Source: Basidiobolus meristosporus CBS 931.73 (Eukaryota > Fungi > Basidiobolomycota). From it: a stretch of 64,000 bases of DNA. Position 1 is the stretch's first letter. Every line of letters starts with the position of its first letter. The notes below the pieces were generated by a model, which searched no databases, was not told where the DNA came from, and saw only the letters and a list, made by a program, of their open reading frames with translations. Position numbers and translations under genes: made by a program. The stretch is from positions 1 through 64,000 of the forward strand of contig MCFE01000429.1 of assembly GCA_002104905.1 (NCBI GenBank). The letters run 5' to 3'. Below, piece after piece: positions 22,801 to 40,187 of the stretch.

Positions 22801-24230
22801 TCGTCAAGCTCAGGAAGTGTGCCCCCGGCTGTTCCTGTATTGGCCTGTGATCATGGCAACCTTAGTCCGTATCAAATGAAGCTGGTCAAAAGAGTCAACA
22901 AGGTAGGTTGGGCCAGCTCGCTTTCTTCTACCCCGAAACTAACCGAAGGATCCAGGCTTGTGGGGAGATGATTACCCAGCAACACCCCGGGTGGGACGAG
23001 GTGTTTAGTTTGGATCAGTTGTGCTCGAAATGCGCATTGGAATTCCTTAAGGAAAAGCGATACCAAGCCCAACACTCTAAGGATGTTCAAGAGTTCGAGA
23101 AGGCCATGAAAGTCAAATCTCCCGAGCAGTACCTGATATCCAAGGCGTGGGTAAAGGAGTGGTGCAAGAAAACGCCAGGATTCGACTGGGAGGATATCTC
23201 AAGTGACCCTTTCCCTGAGCACGAAGCATATGGGCTAGATGTTAGATGTACTCACGGGGGAGTTTCATTAGACCTTTCTAACTGCAGACCAATCACCAAG
23301 AAGGCCATGGAGGTCTTGGTGAAGCTGTTTCCCAATTACCAGCCACCTGATGAGTCCACATCCCAATGTGAGAAATGCGTGAAGGAGCAGGAGAACGGCA
23401 GATCTTCCTCTGCAAGGGCATTAAAGGAAGTAGAGGAAGAGAGAATGCAGTGCAAATATCTAGTGACCCAAGGCCGGAAGGATCTAGCTACACTGTCAGA
23501 GCCTACCTACTTCGTTATTGACAATGCATTCATTCAAGAATGGAGAAGCTTCGTTAGAAATCCCGAGAGCAAGCTTCGCCCTGAAGCTTTCGACAACAGC
23601 TTTCTTTTCTGTCAACATGGAAGGCTTCATTATGACTTTTCCGATCCTGTTGACCAGCCGGTTCTGAACAAACTTTCCTTTCTCACCAGCCCCGAGTGGT
23701 TGCTTTTCAAGTCCCATTACGCCGGAGGGCCGGAGGTTCAACTCAAAAAACCCATCATCGAGGATCAGGTGATCTACGAAACCATTCCAGGTGTGTGTCC
23801 CGAATGCGTGGTTAGTCGTCGGCTTGATTTTCAAGAAGCCGTTGTCCACATCTGTCGAAAAGAGAAATCCGAGCAGTCGGAGGTATCGGCTGAAGGGAAA
23901 AAGAAGAGAACCGCCCGCGGAACTCGAGTTTCTCAGCGATCGAAATCTAATGTCCGCGCCAGGATTACGGTTAGGAAAGATGACACCGTCAAGGACATCA
24001 AGGTGAAGATTATGGACAAGCTTAATATCAGCCCGCTCTACCAGCGCTTGTATTTCCTGGACCACGAGTTGGTGAATAACGACGTGAGCATCCGTGAACT
24101 TGGCATGCTTCCTAACAGCCAGATCTATCTCTCTGAAATAGAGCCAGTAAAGGAAGAAGAGGAGATTTGGGAGGACCAAGCTTCCAAAGGAGAAGAGACA
24201 GGATTCAAGGGAACCAGTTTACTAGCTTGA
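19865..24230 (+). CDS. USP48: Ubiquitin carboxyl-terminal hydrolase 48-like (USP + DUSP + C-terminal Ubl)
   Basis: N-terminal CKDNPNCL typical of USP48/UBP26, Cys box GLKNLGATCYVNSLLQ, His box HEGPSAYSGHY, WFKFDDE, DUSP-like repeats, C-terminal Ubl (TVKDIKVKIM...YQRLYF). Confidence 0.9.
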
Positions 24231-24541
24231 TAGATTCCTGTCTACCTACCGACCCTTCTGTGGCCCTAATTTTCGTGTTAATATTCATCCCTCTTCGACT
24301 GTGATATCATTTTGCACCATCCCCCCGCTCGTCCTCTCTAGTTCATCGTTACTGACATTCAAATTTATTCACGCTCAAATAAAACTCGTCGCCCAGAAGT
24401 ACGCAAAGAGGGGGAAGATTGGTGAACCAAGTCGCGTGATGCAAGTCTCCACCACTGACTTTCTCATGGATGCTTTATATACTGGTACTTTTGATGATGG
24501 TTTATGTGGTTGAAATGGAAACCTGAAAGGAAAATTGGCTT

Positions 24542-25778
24542 CTAGTGAATTGGTACTGGGTTCCGAACTCCTAGTGGGTTTTTAGAGTAGCTTAAGCGGA
24601 TTCCACCTTTGACTGAGCTGCTCAGGAGGTGGCCTTGCAACTCGTGTAGTGTGTGTGAGGCCATTTGGATATCATCAAACTCTACGAAGCACATTGGCCC
24701 GTTGTGAGGTTTCACACGAAAACAAAGTCTTTTGTACCCAGGCTGGACGGAGAATACCTGGTACAACTCCTCCTCCTTGGTGCTCATGGGCAAGTTTCCC
24801 ACATATAGAGTATTGCAAGGTGGATTCTGATCTCCAGTATTCACGCGTACGGTAGAAGAGGTGGTCGACGGTAGAAAGCAGGCTGTAACAGTGTCCGCGG
24901 CCTTGGATGTTGGGAATGGAAGCAAGTCAGAAGTGGACGACCGATTTGCATTCGCTCCGAATAGGGTGCTGCTCTTGTTTAACGAGGTTGAAACGCTGAA
25001 TTTGGGAAAGGAAAAGGAGCTTTCGATGCCTTCAAAGGATGTCGGGGCGGTCATCGAGCGCTTGGGATAGTAGCCCGGCACTCGGACCATGTTCGCGTCC
25101 GAAAGCCCGCAGTCAAGCATGCTCATCTCAAGCGACCCATCCTCAGGTGGTGACGAAGATGCTAGACTCAGAGTCTCATAATCCATGCCAAACTCGTGGA
25201 TTGGAGGCTGTGGTGAGACCAGCAAGCCGCTGGGGAGAATGGGGCCAGCGGAGAACAGACCATCGTACATTGTGTTAAGCGTAGAGTGCCCTGGATATTG
25301 CTTCTTCCCGAAAGCAGTTGTCCCATTTGGTGTTAGAGCCTGGACAAGATTGATGTTGGAGTTCATGAAGGCACCCTCAGCGGAAAGACCGCGCTTGGTC
25401 AGCAAATTCTTCTTGGCCATCTCGGCCTTCAATAAACAACCTCGCTCTGGGTCGACCTTCTTGCCGCTCAAGATGTCTCGAGCCTGCAGAGCTTCCAATC
25501 TGGAACGAAACTTCGCAAACCCAATCTGGTAGGGGAGTATTCAGTATCGTGCGACCCATTTCTGCCTTCGCTTTGTCAGAACTTACCGCTTGTTTACGGA
25601 GACCTTCATCGGCGTCATTTACTGGAGAAGCTTTCAGAGTTGCTGCCTCAAATCCGGGAGAAAACAAAAACATATTCTGAAACTCTCTCTCTTGCATGTC
25701 CTCGGGGAACCCGATCACAAAGATTGTAGTAATCTCTTCATTTCGAATCATAATATTGTTACCAAGTATAGACGCCAC
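24542..25778 (-). CDS. Whi3/Scw1-like two-RRM RNA-binding protein (5' end uncertain; first ATG at 25751)
   Basis: [36 protein letters not shown] | IGFAKFR, and C-terminal [13 protein letters not shown]...GYKRLCFR...GPMCFVEF...[15 protein letters not shown]. Confidence 0.88.
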
Positions 25779-26605
25779 TGTGCTAGACAGATTTCAGAGG
25801 GTGGTTCTACAAAGGATGTGAAGTGACTGCTTTTGAGGTGTTACGAAGTCGGGGATGGAAAATCCGGGCAAGCAGTATGGTTCAAGATGATGGGATCTGA
25901 CGAGGAGTGGCCCCTATATATAAGAAACAAATGGCTAGGATTTCGGGCTCATGGTTTCAACGATTGCAACAAATGGAAGGAGGTCAAAAATATAGTAATC
26001 GAGTACTTAAAATAAGCCGCATGAGCTACACGGGCATAGGTGCGGGGTGAATCGAGTTCAACCAAGGAGACATGGCGAGAGTCCGTCGCGTGCTCCTGTG
26101 CGATACACCCATCATGTGGATGGGTTGGTATTTGTTCTGCAAGCTTCAGTGTATGCATGCTGGAGAAGCGGGAGGAGGGGAGTGGAAGCTTGAGTGTGTT
26201 GCTTCTTACCAAGGAGCCCGGCCACCTTGCACTTGTAAGTACAGCAAAGCCGTCGATTGTGAGTATATTTAGCCCCAGTCGGCATTGCCAGGCGCTGCAG
26301 TCAGACATCGATCTCATATATATCCACTTTGGCCGTCCTTACCCACCAACACACATGGGGAATCTCGATACTGTCACAAAAAATAGCAAGGACTGCCTGA
26401 TGATGACGTGATTTTCATTTAGGCTGGAGCGATTTATTGGCCATGGAAAACTATGCTGGTTGTATTTCATTACACTTTCCGGTTACGTTCGCCGTGTTGT
26501 AAGAATACAGTTGGCAGAAAATTATGGTGGAATGAAACGGAAAAATAGAGATTACAACAGATAATACAAAAGGGATGTGTCGCATTCGACCAAATCCGGG
26601 TAAGC

Positions 26606-29270
<2,665 letters not shown>

Positions 29271-31485
29271 GGTCAGAATCCAAGTTGGAATGTATGAGGT
29301 AGGAGAATATGAGTGACAAGAGAGAGGTGAGAATATTTCTAGTTGAACGAAAGCTTCGCCAGCACCCTTTAACTGCCTGACGAAATTGCTTACGATATCT
29401 GATATACACCAATCGAAACGAGTCGATGATTTTCCGATGATGGCTATTGCACATTAGCTAGGCGTTGTGCAAGTTCTGAATATAGTGATTTCCTAAAATC
29501 CACGGATGTCGAATTTGGTTGCGTCATCCATACGGTTAGGTTCTTATCATTGCGGTAGCTGTGTGTAATTTTGAGTGGTCACCAGACTTGAACAGCCATA
29601 ACAAATGACTTGCTGCGATATTGGCCTTAAAATGTCAAGAAAATTCTAGAGGCGCTTATTTAGGCATTCAGAACTAATTCCGCAGAAAATGGTCATAATG
29701 AACTGTTGTGGGCCACAACCCTTGCACTAGTTGTTGCCACCTAGATCTGTTTTTTGAAAATGAGGCATAGTTGTGTTAGAATAGATTGCCCATCATACAG
29801 CTGCTGCTTCGGTACCAAGCAACTATCACAATAGGAGTGGTACCGGTATGTGAAATAAGATCCCGTTTGCACAGTATTTGATGTCAGATAGAGGATAATG
29901 CCATACTCAAGCCCATGGAGGTGGCAAGGGTGGAATAACTCGAAACTCTGGTTGTTGAGTATATGGCATAATTCTATGATCTGTGAGGCGTTGCCATTGT
30001 CTAGAAAGGCCAAAGTTGGCTGCATAGAAGCGGCCTTATTGTTACTTGGCGCACATTGTTATGCTATGTTAGCACTACCTTATAAAGTAATATCTAGACA
30101 TCTGACTAAATTCATGTAGCAAAAATTCCTCACTTGTGGACAGATTACTTTTACCAGACCGGTTAGATTGATTTAAACTAACACTGCTTTGTCACTTAGC
30201 AATCAGCCTCAGTGCATTGTATCTATATATTGAATCCATTTAAATATACTCTGTCCAACACAATATCCTCATTCAAGGCGGTAATGAAGATTGATGGTTC
30301 TCAATAGCTGCCCTCGTTTGGTTTTTAACCTCATTCAGGAATACAGCGAGTGAAACACCGGAGTGTGAGTGTAATTTTCGTAAATCAGCATAGATATTTT
30401 CGATTGCTGTTAGTTTGCATTGATCTCCCATGTGATCTCGATATAGCTGCTAACAAACTACATGTCATCAGTGTGAGTACAGGGTTTTGGAAGTATCCTA
30501 GGTCTGATACAGGCACGTCAGGCCCTCTATCACCTAAAGATTCAAACTTTCCCTATCTACATTTGTTGCAAATAGATGAATGAAAAGCATTGCTCATATC
30601 AAGGCGCTTTGAGTATTTACAACTGTTTATAGGCCGTATGAGGCTGTGCGGAGGATGTAAATTTTCTGTCCCAACAGCCACATTGAGGATCCACTCATAC
30701 TTGAAACAATAACTCACTGTCAGTTGTACACAAAGTAACCATCAGGAGATAGATAGGTGGTTTGCCGTGGAGATGTCGTTCAGAAGTGTAGTTGAATAAC
30801 ATACAACATAGATAAATATTACGGTTTTATCGTTAAAGAGCCTGAACATTTATTGGATTCTTGCCATAGTCTTTCCCCCGTTTGATACCAACGTAATATC
30901 TGTATGTATATACCAGCTAATCAGACTAGAAGCTATCACCAGAAAACATTTAGTGTCAGTAAGAATTGATGCATTACTTAGCTTCGTATTTACAAGATTT
31001 CAAGGTTGCAGTGAACTCGATGCTAAGGTAGAAGAAATCTTGGCCAACTTCAGCAAGTATAATTAGGGCCTATCTCAACTTGAATGGAATTCTATCAATA
31101 GGCCGCATAGATATTATGCAAACTGGGAACGCCTCTAATTGCTTACACCCCTATTGAACCACAAATGAGCAAATTGAAGTGAGTCCCAGCAATTAACACC
31201 CCCACATTTCATTGCCAGACAGCGGTAGGCTGATACAAGTGTGTATATTCATTATACTCGGGCTACTATCAACGAAATTAAGCAAGCTGTATTTCCCGTC
31301 CGACGGAGTATTGATTTTACGAAGGAGGTTTGTTTAAGCTATTGCCTTTTGGGTTGCATAACAAAATGTCGTCCGATATCAATATCTAAGCAACAAGTTG
31401 GATCATGGCCTAAAGCGGATGCGTATAAATAAGCGGTTGATGTTCACGAAAAGCAGTATCACATCACATTTGCAAACTAAAGAAA

Positions 31486-32010
31486 ATGAAAAGCTGGACT
31501 GCCCTCATTTGCTTTGCTCTCTGCATTCTTCAATTCGCCTTTGCCACCGGTAATCCTCGGAATGGATCTCGGGGCCATGTCAAGCGGCATCCAAGAAAAA
31601 GTGACATTGTTTTGATTGGGAAAGGTAATACTGGAGACAACGATCCTCAGCAGATGCTTCTACTAGTCAACCAGCAGCGTCAGCAAAATGGATAGAAGCC
31701 CCTCCAACTTGACAATCGCTTGGTAGAATCAGCACAAAAGCACACTGAATATCAGGCCAGCATTGGACAAATTACTCATAGCGAACCTGGGAGACCATTG
31801 AGCACTCGTGTATCAAAAACCGGATTTAGGTGGACTGCACTTGGAGAGAACGTGGCTATGGGGTACCAAATCACCAATGCAGTGATGAATGGCTGGACGA
31901 ATTCACCTGGGCATCGACAAAATATTCTTAACCCTCAGTTCACTCATTTCGGGTCTGGCTATGTCGCCAATGGGAACTACTGGACACAAAACTTCGGTCG
32001 CAGTGCGTAA
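31486..32010 (+). pseudogene. Secreted CAP/SCP (YkwD-like) domain protein interrupted by an in-frame TAG at 31693-31695
   Basis: Signal peptide, then MLLLVNQQRQQNG*KPLQLDNRLVESAQKH...GENVAMG...WTNSPGHRQNILNP...YWTQNFG, all in one frame across the stop. Confidence 0.85.
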
Positions 32011-33041
32011 TTCGATCGTGATCTGAGAGGTTCTTCCCTTGATGAAATGGATCAAGCTTGTTTGTCATCCAATAAATAGTGGGTCCGACTGGTGAATTTC
32101 ACCCATCCCTTGGCAGAAAGCCAAATAGTACATTTCACTAGGAGAATTTAGTATGAGACATAGCTAAATTTAAGGTGGAACATACACGCTGATTTTCTAG
32201 ACAAGCGGAGTTACGTTGTCTCTGTTTCGGCCTGATAATTCTCTAGCCTATCACGGAGCCAGGTCGTACAGGTTTGTCAATCATCTGCACCACGACGGCA
32301 CTGCTGCCTGCAGAAGTAACGCGGTATCCATTGCGCACACGATAGCATCCCTGCCCATATTAAGGAGAGCCTATTGGCACAAAGTACCATCATAGTAAAG
32401 CATCAGTATCATATTTCGGTGCACCATTGCACACTACCATCGATCACACTGAAGGCCTTTATCACTAGATAATCTGGACATCCTTGGTTAATCACATGGC
32501 ACGAAATATCTATGCAATCAGGAAATTGAAACCTCGACCATACGAATCATATCCCTACGAAAAAGGCAACTCCAAGCACAACCCACCTGGTACCTTGTGT
32601 CTGGTCAGCGCCATGATAGCTCAAGCAAATGGTGATAATCGGAACACACAAATGTGAATCACATTGGTTTTGGCACCACCATGGGAGCTAGGAATGACAT
32701 TGCGAAGGTCGTGGCGCCTCGTGAAGAGAGTGCGTCGGACCCTAACTACAATTTGGGTGGCGGCATAAATCCCCCGGAAAGGAGTGATCGAAAATGATTT
32801 CATCTGGCCTGGTTAATGTAATAATTACATAATATAACATGGTAGAATGTGAAGGATATCACTTGTTAAGCAGCCTGCCATCACCAGTTACCATTGGTGG
32901 ATCCCGGGGGTGCTCTTTGTGGCACATGCCTGCTAATTGCTGTTGCTGTATTTGGCATTTGATACAGCATTTGGTATAAAAGGCACAGCTTGGCCCAAGT
33001 CATTTTCATATCATTCAGCAACCTTCCCTTTATTGTACAAA

Positions 33042-34956
33042 ATGTCTCCTCAGCTTCATGCCAACCCTGTAAATAATACTTTCAAAGGTATAACCTATGC
33101 TTCTGCTCTATTGGAAACCATGCTGACTCATTACATGGCAGTGCCCAAAGGCAAAAAGGTCCTAAGACTTGACACCATCTGCCCGCAGGTGCGTGAGGTT
33201 CGCTATGCTGTCCGTGGGGAGATCGCTATCCGTGCCGAAGAGCTTAAGAAGGTAGGTTTCCAATAAACTGCTGACTCCTGCGAATTGGGGTGGGGTAATT
33301 GACACTGACTTAGGAGCTCGAGAAAAAAGGATCCAATCTTCCATTCAAAGAGATAGTGAATATTAATATCGGCAACCCCCAGCAGCTAAAACAAAAGCCA
33401 ATCACCTTCTTCCGCCAGGTAGGCCACCATTTCTGCCTCTTTATTTCGGAACTCTAACCAATCTGTATATTAGGTTGCATCCTTGGTAGAGTATCCTGAC
33501 CTGCTACTAGATGAGAACAAAGACAAAGTGAGCTTGCTCTTCCCAACGGACGCCGTCGAGAGAGCCAAAACTCTGGTTGATGCATGTGGTGGCAGCGTCG
33601 GAGCTTACAGCCACTCTCAAGGCATTCCGCACATCCGTAAGAATGTGGCCAAGTTCATAGAAGGTATGTTCGTCTTAGATACGTATGATATTTCTTGGGG
33701 CTAAGGGTAAAACCTAGAACGTGACGGGTACCCGGCCGATATGAATAAGGTGTTCTTGACTATGGGGTAGGTTCCTGAAACATTGCTTTCTGGTGGAAAT
33801 AACAGTTCTAACTGGGAGGTTTTACTAGTGCGTCCGCGGGTGTTCAATTAGCATTACGTTTTATCATCGAGAATTCCAAAGTTGGCATCATGATCCCGAT
33901 CCCACAGTACCCCCTTTACACTGCTACCTTATCTCTCTATGATGGACAGGCTGTTCCCTATTACTTGGATGAAGAGAATGCCTGGAGCATGGATGTAGGT
34001 GGTTTACAGCAATGGTGTTGCATTGTCTCCAAAACTAAGCTGGCAATCTAGATTGGAGAGCTTAAGAAATCGGTTGATGAAGCTCGCCAAAAAGACATTG
34101 ACGTCAGAGCCCTGTGCATCATCAACCCCGGCAATCCTACGGGCCAATGCCTCACCGAACAAAACATGAGGGAGGTGATAGAATTCTGTCAGAGAGAGAG
34201 GCTTGTGCTTCTGGCGGATGAGGTGTATCAGGAAAACATCTACATGCCTAGCACCCGACCCTTCCACTCATTTAAGAAGGTGTTGAAATCCATGGGGCCT
34301 AGCTTCGACGATGTAGAGCTCATATCATTCCATTCCATCTCAAAAGGCATGATAGGTGAGTGTGGTCGCCGTGGTGGGTATTTTGAGTTGCAAGGAATTG
34401 AACAAGAGGTTGTCGACCAGATCTATAAGATTTCCTCGGTTTCCCTCTGCCCGAATGTTCAAGGACAAATCATGGTTGATCTTATGGTAAACCCGCCCAA
34501 ACCTGGTGACGAATCATACGATTTGTATACCCAAGAGATCGATGCCATATATCAATCTCTCAAGCGGAGAAGTGATCTTTTATGCGACGCCTTTAACAAA
34601 CTAGAGGATGTCACTTGTAACAAAGCAGAAGGTGCCCTTTATCTTTTCCCTAGAGTGCGGCTTCCGGAAGGTGCTATCAAGGCCGCAGCTGAAGCAGGAA
34701 AGAACCCCGACGATTTTTATGCACTAGCAATGCTTAACGGGACTGGAGTGGTACGTTGATGAATAGTCTATATTCTCTGGATTTAGGTTGACCGTTTCTC
34801 CCTGACTAGTGTGTTGTACCCGGGAGTGGATTTGGACAGGAGAAGGGTACTTACCATTTTCGTGCGACCTTCCTTCCCCCAGAAGAGCTCTTCAGCGAGT
34901 TCATCGACTTGCTCAAACGCTTCCATCAAGATTTCATGGATAAATATCGCTACTGA
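33042..34956 (+). CDS. ALT1: Alanine aminotransferase, about 8 exons
   Basis: YAVRGE, NIGNPQQL, GAYSHSQG, IINPGNPTG, LADEVYQEN, PLP lysine in SFHSISKG, GECGRRGGY, TGVCVVPGSGFGQ. Confidence 0.96.
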
Positions 34957-35581
34957 CTGATATGATTGCATCCGCTGCTTCCCTAGATGTATACACTAAC
35001 AATGCACCTCGCTCGTATTAATATACCCATTCCTACGGTGTTAAATTCCCTTCCATCATTACATATCTTATGATGCCCTCGAATAAAGTCTATTTTATAC
35101 TCAAATGAGCATAGTGAGCTCTCAGTTTAAGTGTGTATACCACGTTCAAAATATCCCAAACGACTGGTGCGACCAGTAACTAACACGCTCTACCGGTTAC
35201 GATTGTGATCGAGGTTCCGCTTTTCAGTGTTCGGGTATGGCTATTCATTGAGGTGAGTTTGCACTCCCTCAGGATTACCGACGTACAAGATGCCCCATAA
35301 TTGACTATTTGATGGAGCTAAGGGGAGTAGATTGATTCAATATTTGGTGCGGTTTAATAGTGATTTGATTTGAAATTCTAATTTGGATCATGCACTGTGG
35401 GAATTAATTGGAGGCAATTGATCTGAAAATGCTTTATAGTACTTTTATGCAACCTTAGTCATACTATCAAGGCCAAAGTGTTTAAAGAAAAAAGAAAAAA
35501 AGGATTTTATTTTAGTTGCGGTGCATCCTTGTGATATTGTGTATTGTTCAGGATAACCTTGGCTTCACTTGATTTTCATAG

Positions 35582-38500
35582 ATGGACGTCGACACTGCTG
35601 AAATACAGAACATGGAGGCTGGGCTCAATGGAGATACACCTGGATCTTCCCGATCCCCTCAAAACAAGCGTAGAAGAACCAATTCATTGACATCTGTTGG
35701 GTACAGACGTGAATCTTTGACCGATGAAACCAGCAATGTCGCAGCTAGCGTCTCCGCTGTGCAGCCACCTCAATGGCAAGCTACCATTGAGAAAGCTATC
35801 AAAGCCATTGTATCAATTCGCTTCAGCCAAGTAGCTGCGTTCGATACCGAAGGTTAGTCCGTTTTCCAGCAATAGAAAAGCAAATATCAACTCGATGAAT
35901 AGATGGGAGAGCATACTAATCCTCACTTTCAGGCCCCGAAAACTCCGAGGCTACTGGGTTTATTGTCGATGCCGAGCAAGGATTAATCCTAACAAATAGG
36001 TGAGAAGCCGGTGATCTGTTGAAATTATGGCCCACTTCTGATCCGCTCTCTCTAGACATGTTGTTGGTGCCGGTCCATTTGTTGGTGAAGCAGTGGCTCA
36101 CGATCACGAGGAGGTCGATGTTTATCCAGTTTATAGGTATTCTATATGTAATGGCATTCATCGTTAGTATCATACTCACTTTTCTGAACCATAATAGAGA
36201 TCCAGTTCATGACTTCGGGTAACCTATTTCTTAAATGGTCTCTGTCTTTGTTTTGTCTCAGCCTTCTCATACTCTATAGATTTCTACGATTTGATACGTC
36301 CAAAATCAAGTACATGAAGCTTACTGGCATTCCACTGAGACCTCACTTGGCTCGTGTGGGTCTTGATATTAGAGTGGTAGGTAATGATGCTGGTGAGAAA
36401 TTATCCATTCTTGCCGGCTCCATCTCTAGACTGGATCGAAATGCGCCTGAATACGGGGACATGACTTACAATGATTTCAACACATTTTACTTGTAAGTAC
36501 TTTGCAATCAGCTAGAAAACACCCGAATGACACTAATCCCCTATCAAAAGACAAGCTGCCTCAAGCACCAGTGGAGGTGAGAACCCGATTACCTGACAGG
36601 GCAAGGCCGTAGTCTAACCTTGATCTTTAGGCAGCTCCGGAAGTCCAGTCATCGATATCAATGGCTGCGCAGTTGCTTTACAAGCTGGTTCGTAACTTTG
36701 CACGTAGACACCCGTCGATACAATGGCTTCGGACATTAATCGTCGCCTAACTCTTAATAGGAGGCCACACCAAAGCCGCTACCGATTTCTTCCTGCCACT
36801 CGACCGCGTCAAGCGCGCTTTGGATTTGATCAGAGAGGGAAAGCCAGTATCGCGCGGAACAATTCAAGTCCAATTCCTGTTAGTACCATAGCAGTATTGA
36901 TATTTTGCTTTCTGATGCTGACATTTGCCTTTGCAGTTACCGGCCATTTGACGAGGTGAGACGCTTGGGTCTTCGCAGTGAAACCGAGACGTTCATTCGC
37001 TCCAAGTTCCCCGAGGAGATTGGTATGCTGGTTGCCGAGACGGTTGTACCCAAAGGGCCGGGATCGACATATATGGAAGAAGGCGATATACTCATCTCAA
37101 TAAACGGCGAGTATGTGACCAAATTTGTCCCCCTCGAAGTCTTTCTGGATGATAATGTTGGAAAAGAGATAACTGTGGTCATTGAGCGCGGCGGTGTCCC
37201 ACTTGAATTCAAGCTGGCCGTTCAAGATTTACATTCGATGTGAGTAGTTCAAGCAGTAAGTTATTCACGACCTCAGGCTAACATTCTTTTAGCACCCCTG
37301 ATCGGTATGTTGAGATTGGTGGGGCCAAGCTGAATGAGCTTTCATACCAGCTCGCTCGTTCTTACTGTGTTCCCGTTGGTGGTGTTTATGTCTCAGAGCC
37401 TAGCGGAATGTTCAGGCTGGAGGGACAAGATAACGGATGGATCATCTCCTCTGTCGATAACAAGCCAACGCCAAATCTTGACAGCTTTATAGAAGTCATG
37501 AAAGGTATACCCGATCGTGAGCGAATCCCTGTGGTCTACTACTCCATCGCCGATACGCACACAAGCAGCGTAGCTGTAGTTCAAGTCGAAAGACATTGGT
37601 CAAGCTTTAAGTTAGCAGCAAGAAATGGTAGGTGGATTCCGGGTTCTTTGTTGATGGTTGCTAGAAAGCCTAATGTTGCTTGAATGTAGATGTTAGAGGC
37701 ATCTGGGACTTCACAGATCTCGGAGACCCAATTCCTCCCAAGCCATTGAAGCCCGCCACCGCCAAATTCGTTACTCTTGATGATAGCCTAGGAGCAGGCA
37801 AACACCTGATCAACTCATTAGTGAGAGTTAGCTATTATATGCCATGCAAAATCGATGGCTTCCCAAGAAGCAGAGTAGGGTCATTATATAACGAACTGTA
37901 CTTCTATTCATACTAAATGGATTTTGTATTTTAGAAACAAGGAGCCGGCCTTATCCTCGATGCCCAACGTGGCTTGGTTGTTGTTGGCCGCAGCATCGTT
38001 CCATTTGCCTTGGGCGATTTGTCCCTTACCTTTGCCGATTCCATCATTATCCCGGGTAAGGTGGAGTACCTCCACCCCACCCACAACTTCACATTCATAT
38101 CCTATGATCCGAAATTAATTGGCGAGACACCGGTGAAGTCTGCGGTCATTAGCGATACTCCCCTGGTGCAAGGTATTCTACAGTTCTTCTTCAGCCTCTC
38201 TACTTTCAGTCAGTGAACCTTGTTACCCCTAGGTCATAAAGTTGGTTTTGTAGCGTTCAACCATAACCACCGCCCAATCTGTATCAACACTGTTGTCACA
38301 GATGTCACCAGCGTAACCATTCCTCAGAACGCTACGCCAAGATTTAGGTATTGAAGTATGTGCATTTTAGCCTCACAGAACACCTCTAACAGGCTTCATT
38401 TTATCAGGAGCATTAACCTAGAAGCAGTCACCGTTGATACGCCCATTGCCCAGCAATGCTCCAGCGGTGTTTTGTGTGACGACAAAGGACATGTCCAAGC

Positions 38501-39571
38501 TCTTTGGCTGTCGTATCTAGGCGAGCGTACAGTCTCCAACCACGATAATGAATACTACCTCGGCTTGAATATCAACACTGTTTTGCCTGTTTTGGAGCCT
38601 TTATGCAAGGGTGTCAAGCCCGACCTCAGATTCATTAACATTGAATTGATGCCCGTTCAAATAGTCCAGGCCCGCCATATGGGTTTGACTGAGGAATGGG
38701 TAAGAAAAGTGGAGGAGGCTAGCCCACATAGACATCAGTTATTCATGATTCGACAAACCGAGGCTGGAAGTCGAAGTGCCGAGGTTTTGAAAGAGTTGGA
38801 TATCATCCTCTCGGTAAACGGCAAAACAGTGACACGAATGTATGATTTGGATATCCAGTATGACGCCGAGGAATTGGAAATGGTAGACCTTTAGCACTTC
38901 TGCGAATTCATTGTGCGATGAAGTAACCCTCTTTCAATAGGTTATTCTACGTGAGAAGGTTGAAATGACCATTAAGGTCCCCACCAGTCCTATTTCTGGA
39001 GAAGGAACAAACAGAGTAGTACTCTGGGCCGGAGCGGCAATTCAAGGTACTAAACATGCCTTGACATGCGCTACAACACCGACTAACCTCTTGTCCCCCC
39101 CACCATCATTCTAGAACCACACAAGGCAGTCTTGCAACAATCCAAAACTCTGCCTTCGCACGTGTATGTCTCTGCACGAAGCAAAGGTTCGCCAGCGTAC
39201 CAGTACGGCATAGTAAGTAATGCTAGAGTTCTGAGGCAATGTAGACATCAACTAATAGCCCTTGACAATTTGTCATTAGGTGCCCACTATGTGGATCACT
39301 CATATCAACGGTGTTCCTACACCTAATCTTACTGCTTTCTTGGAAGCAGTCAAACAGTATCCTGATAACACATACATTCGGGTAAAGACGATTAGCTTTG
39401 ATATGATCCCTATGGTGCTGAGCGTTAAAACAAACCAACACTACTGGTAATTTTGGTATTAGAATGAAACTTTCCTTCCACCATTTGGACTAACCGCCAC
39501 CTTTTAGGCCAACTGTGGAATTACTACAAGATGCTGATGTTGATTGTGGCTGGAAGCAGCTTTCGCACTAA
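35582..39571 (+). CDS. NMA111: Nuclear HtrA-like serine protease Nma111/Ynm3, many exons
   Basis: [68 protein letters not shown] segments and a second protease-like domain. Confidence 0.95.
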
Positions 39572-39684
39572 TAACAGGTTCACTTGAGGGCCCAATCTAT
39601 GTCACAACAACGATCTCGTTTTGAATAGAAACAAAAGAATCCCTATGCTTCCCATGTCATACGTATCTCCATCACCGTAACAAA

Positions 39685-39688
<4 letters not shown>

Positions 39689-39728
<40 letters not shown>
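39689..39728. repeat. (CT)20 microsatellite in the NMA111 3' region
   Basis: Direct reading. Confidence 0.95.
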
Positions 39729-39731
<3 letters not shown>

Positions 39732-40187
39732 GGATTCTTCACCCTTCTATCTCATTCAACTATCCACAGCAACAGACTTAGAGGATTTTACCAAACTATC
39801 AAAAATATACCTCATTACTACATAGCCCAGGATTAAATTTATGCTTTGTAAATGTAACGAAAAAAAAGACGTTTCCATTTACGAACTTCTAAATATTTAT
39901 TGCAGCTTTTCATCCTTTCCAATTGATAAAAGTATAGTCATGGTTATGGAAAAAGAATAGGAAAATATATAAATCTTACATACATTCTAAAAATACGAAG
40001 ACAAGAGAAATAAGGAGTTAACAAAGGAGCCATCTAGCGCGAATGAATCAAGTAGCAATGTCTTCTAATGCTGGCAACTACAGTATTAATAATGGTCAAA
40101 GGGAAATTGGGGGAAGATACGACTGGGGTTTTGAATGCGGAAGTACAAGAATCAAATTCATTAAAGAAAAGAAAGGATGTAATGCAT

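Noticed and set aside
23496-24179. 227-aa ORF antisense to USP48
   Set aside because: Antisense shadow of a long coding exon, with no independent motifs.
30300-31090. Protein-like fragments with stops and splice-like signals upstream of the CAP gene
   Set aside because: No family motif was recognised and no consistent exon chain could be built.
34954-34965. Possible stop readthrough (TGA CTG) on ALT1 giving a peroxisomal extension
   Set aside because: The next stop follows two codons later and no PTS1 is formed.
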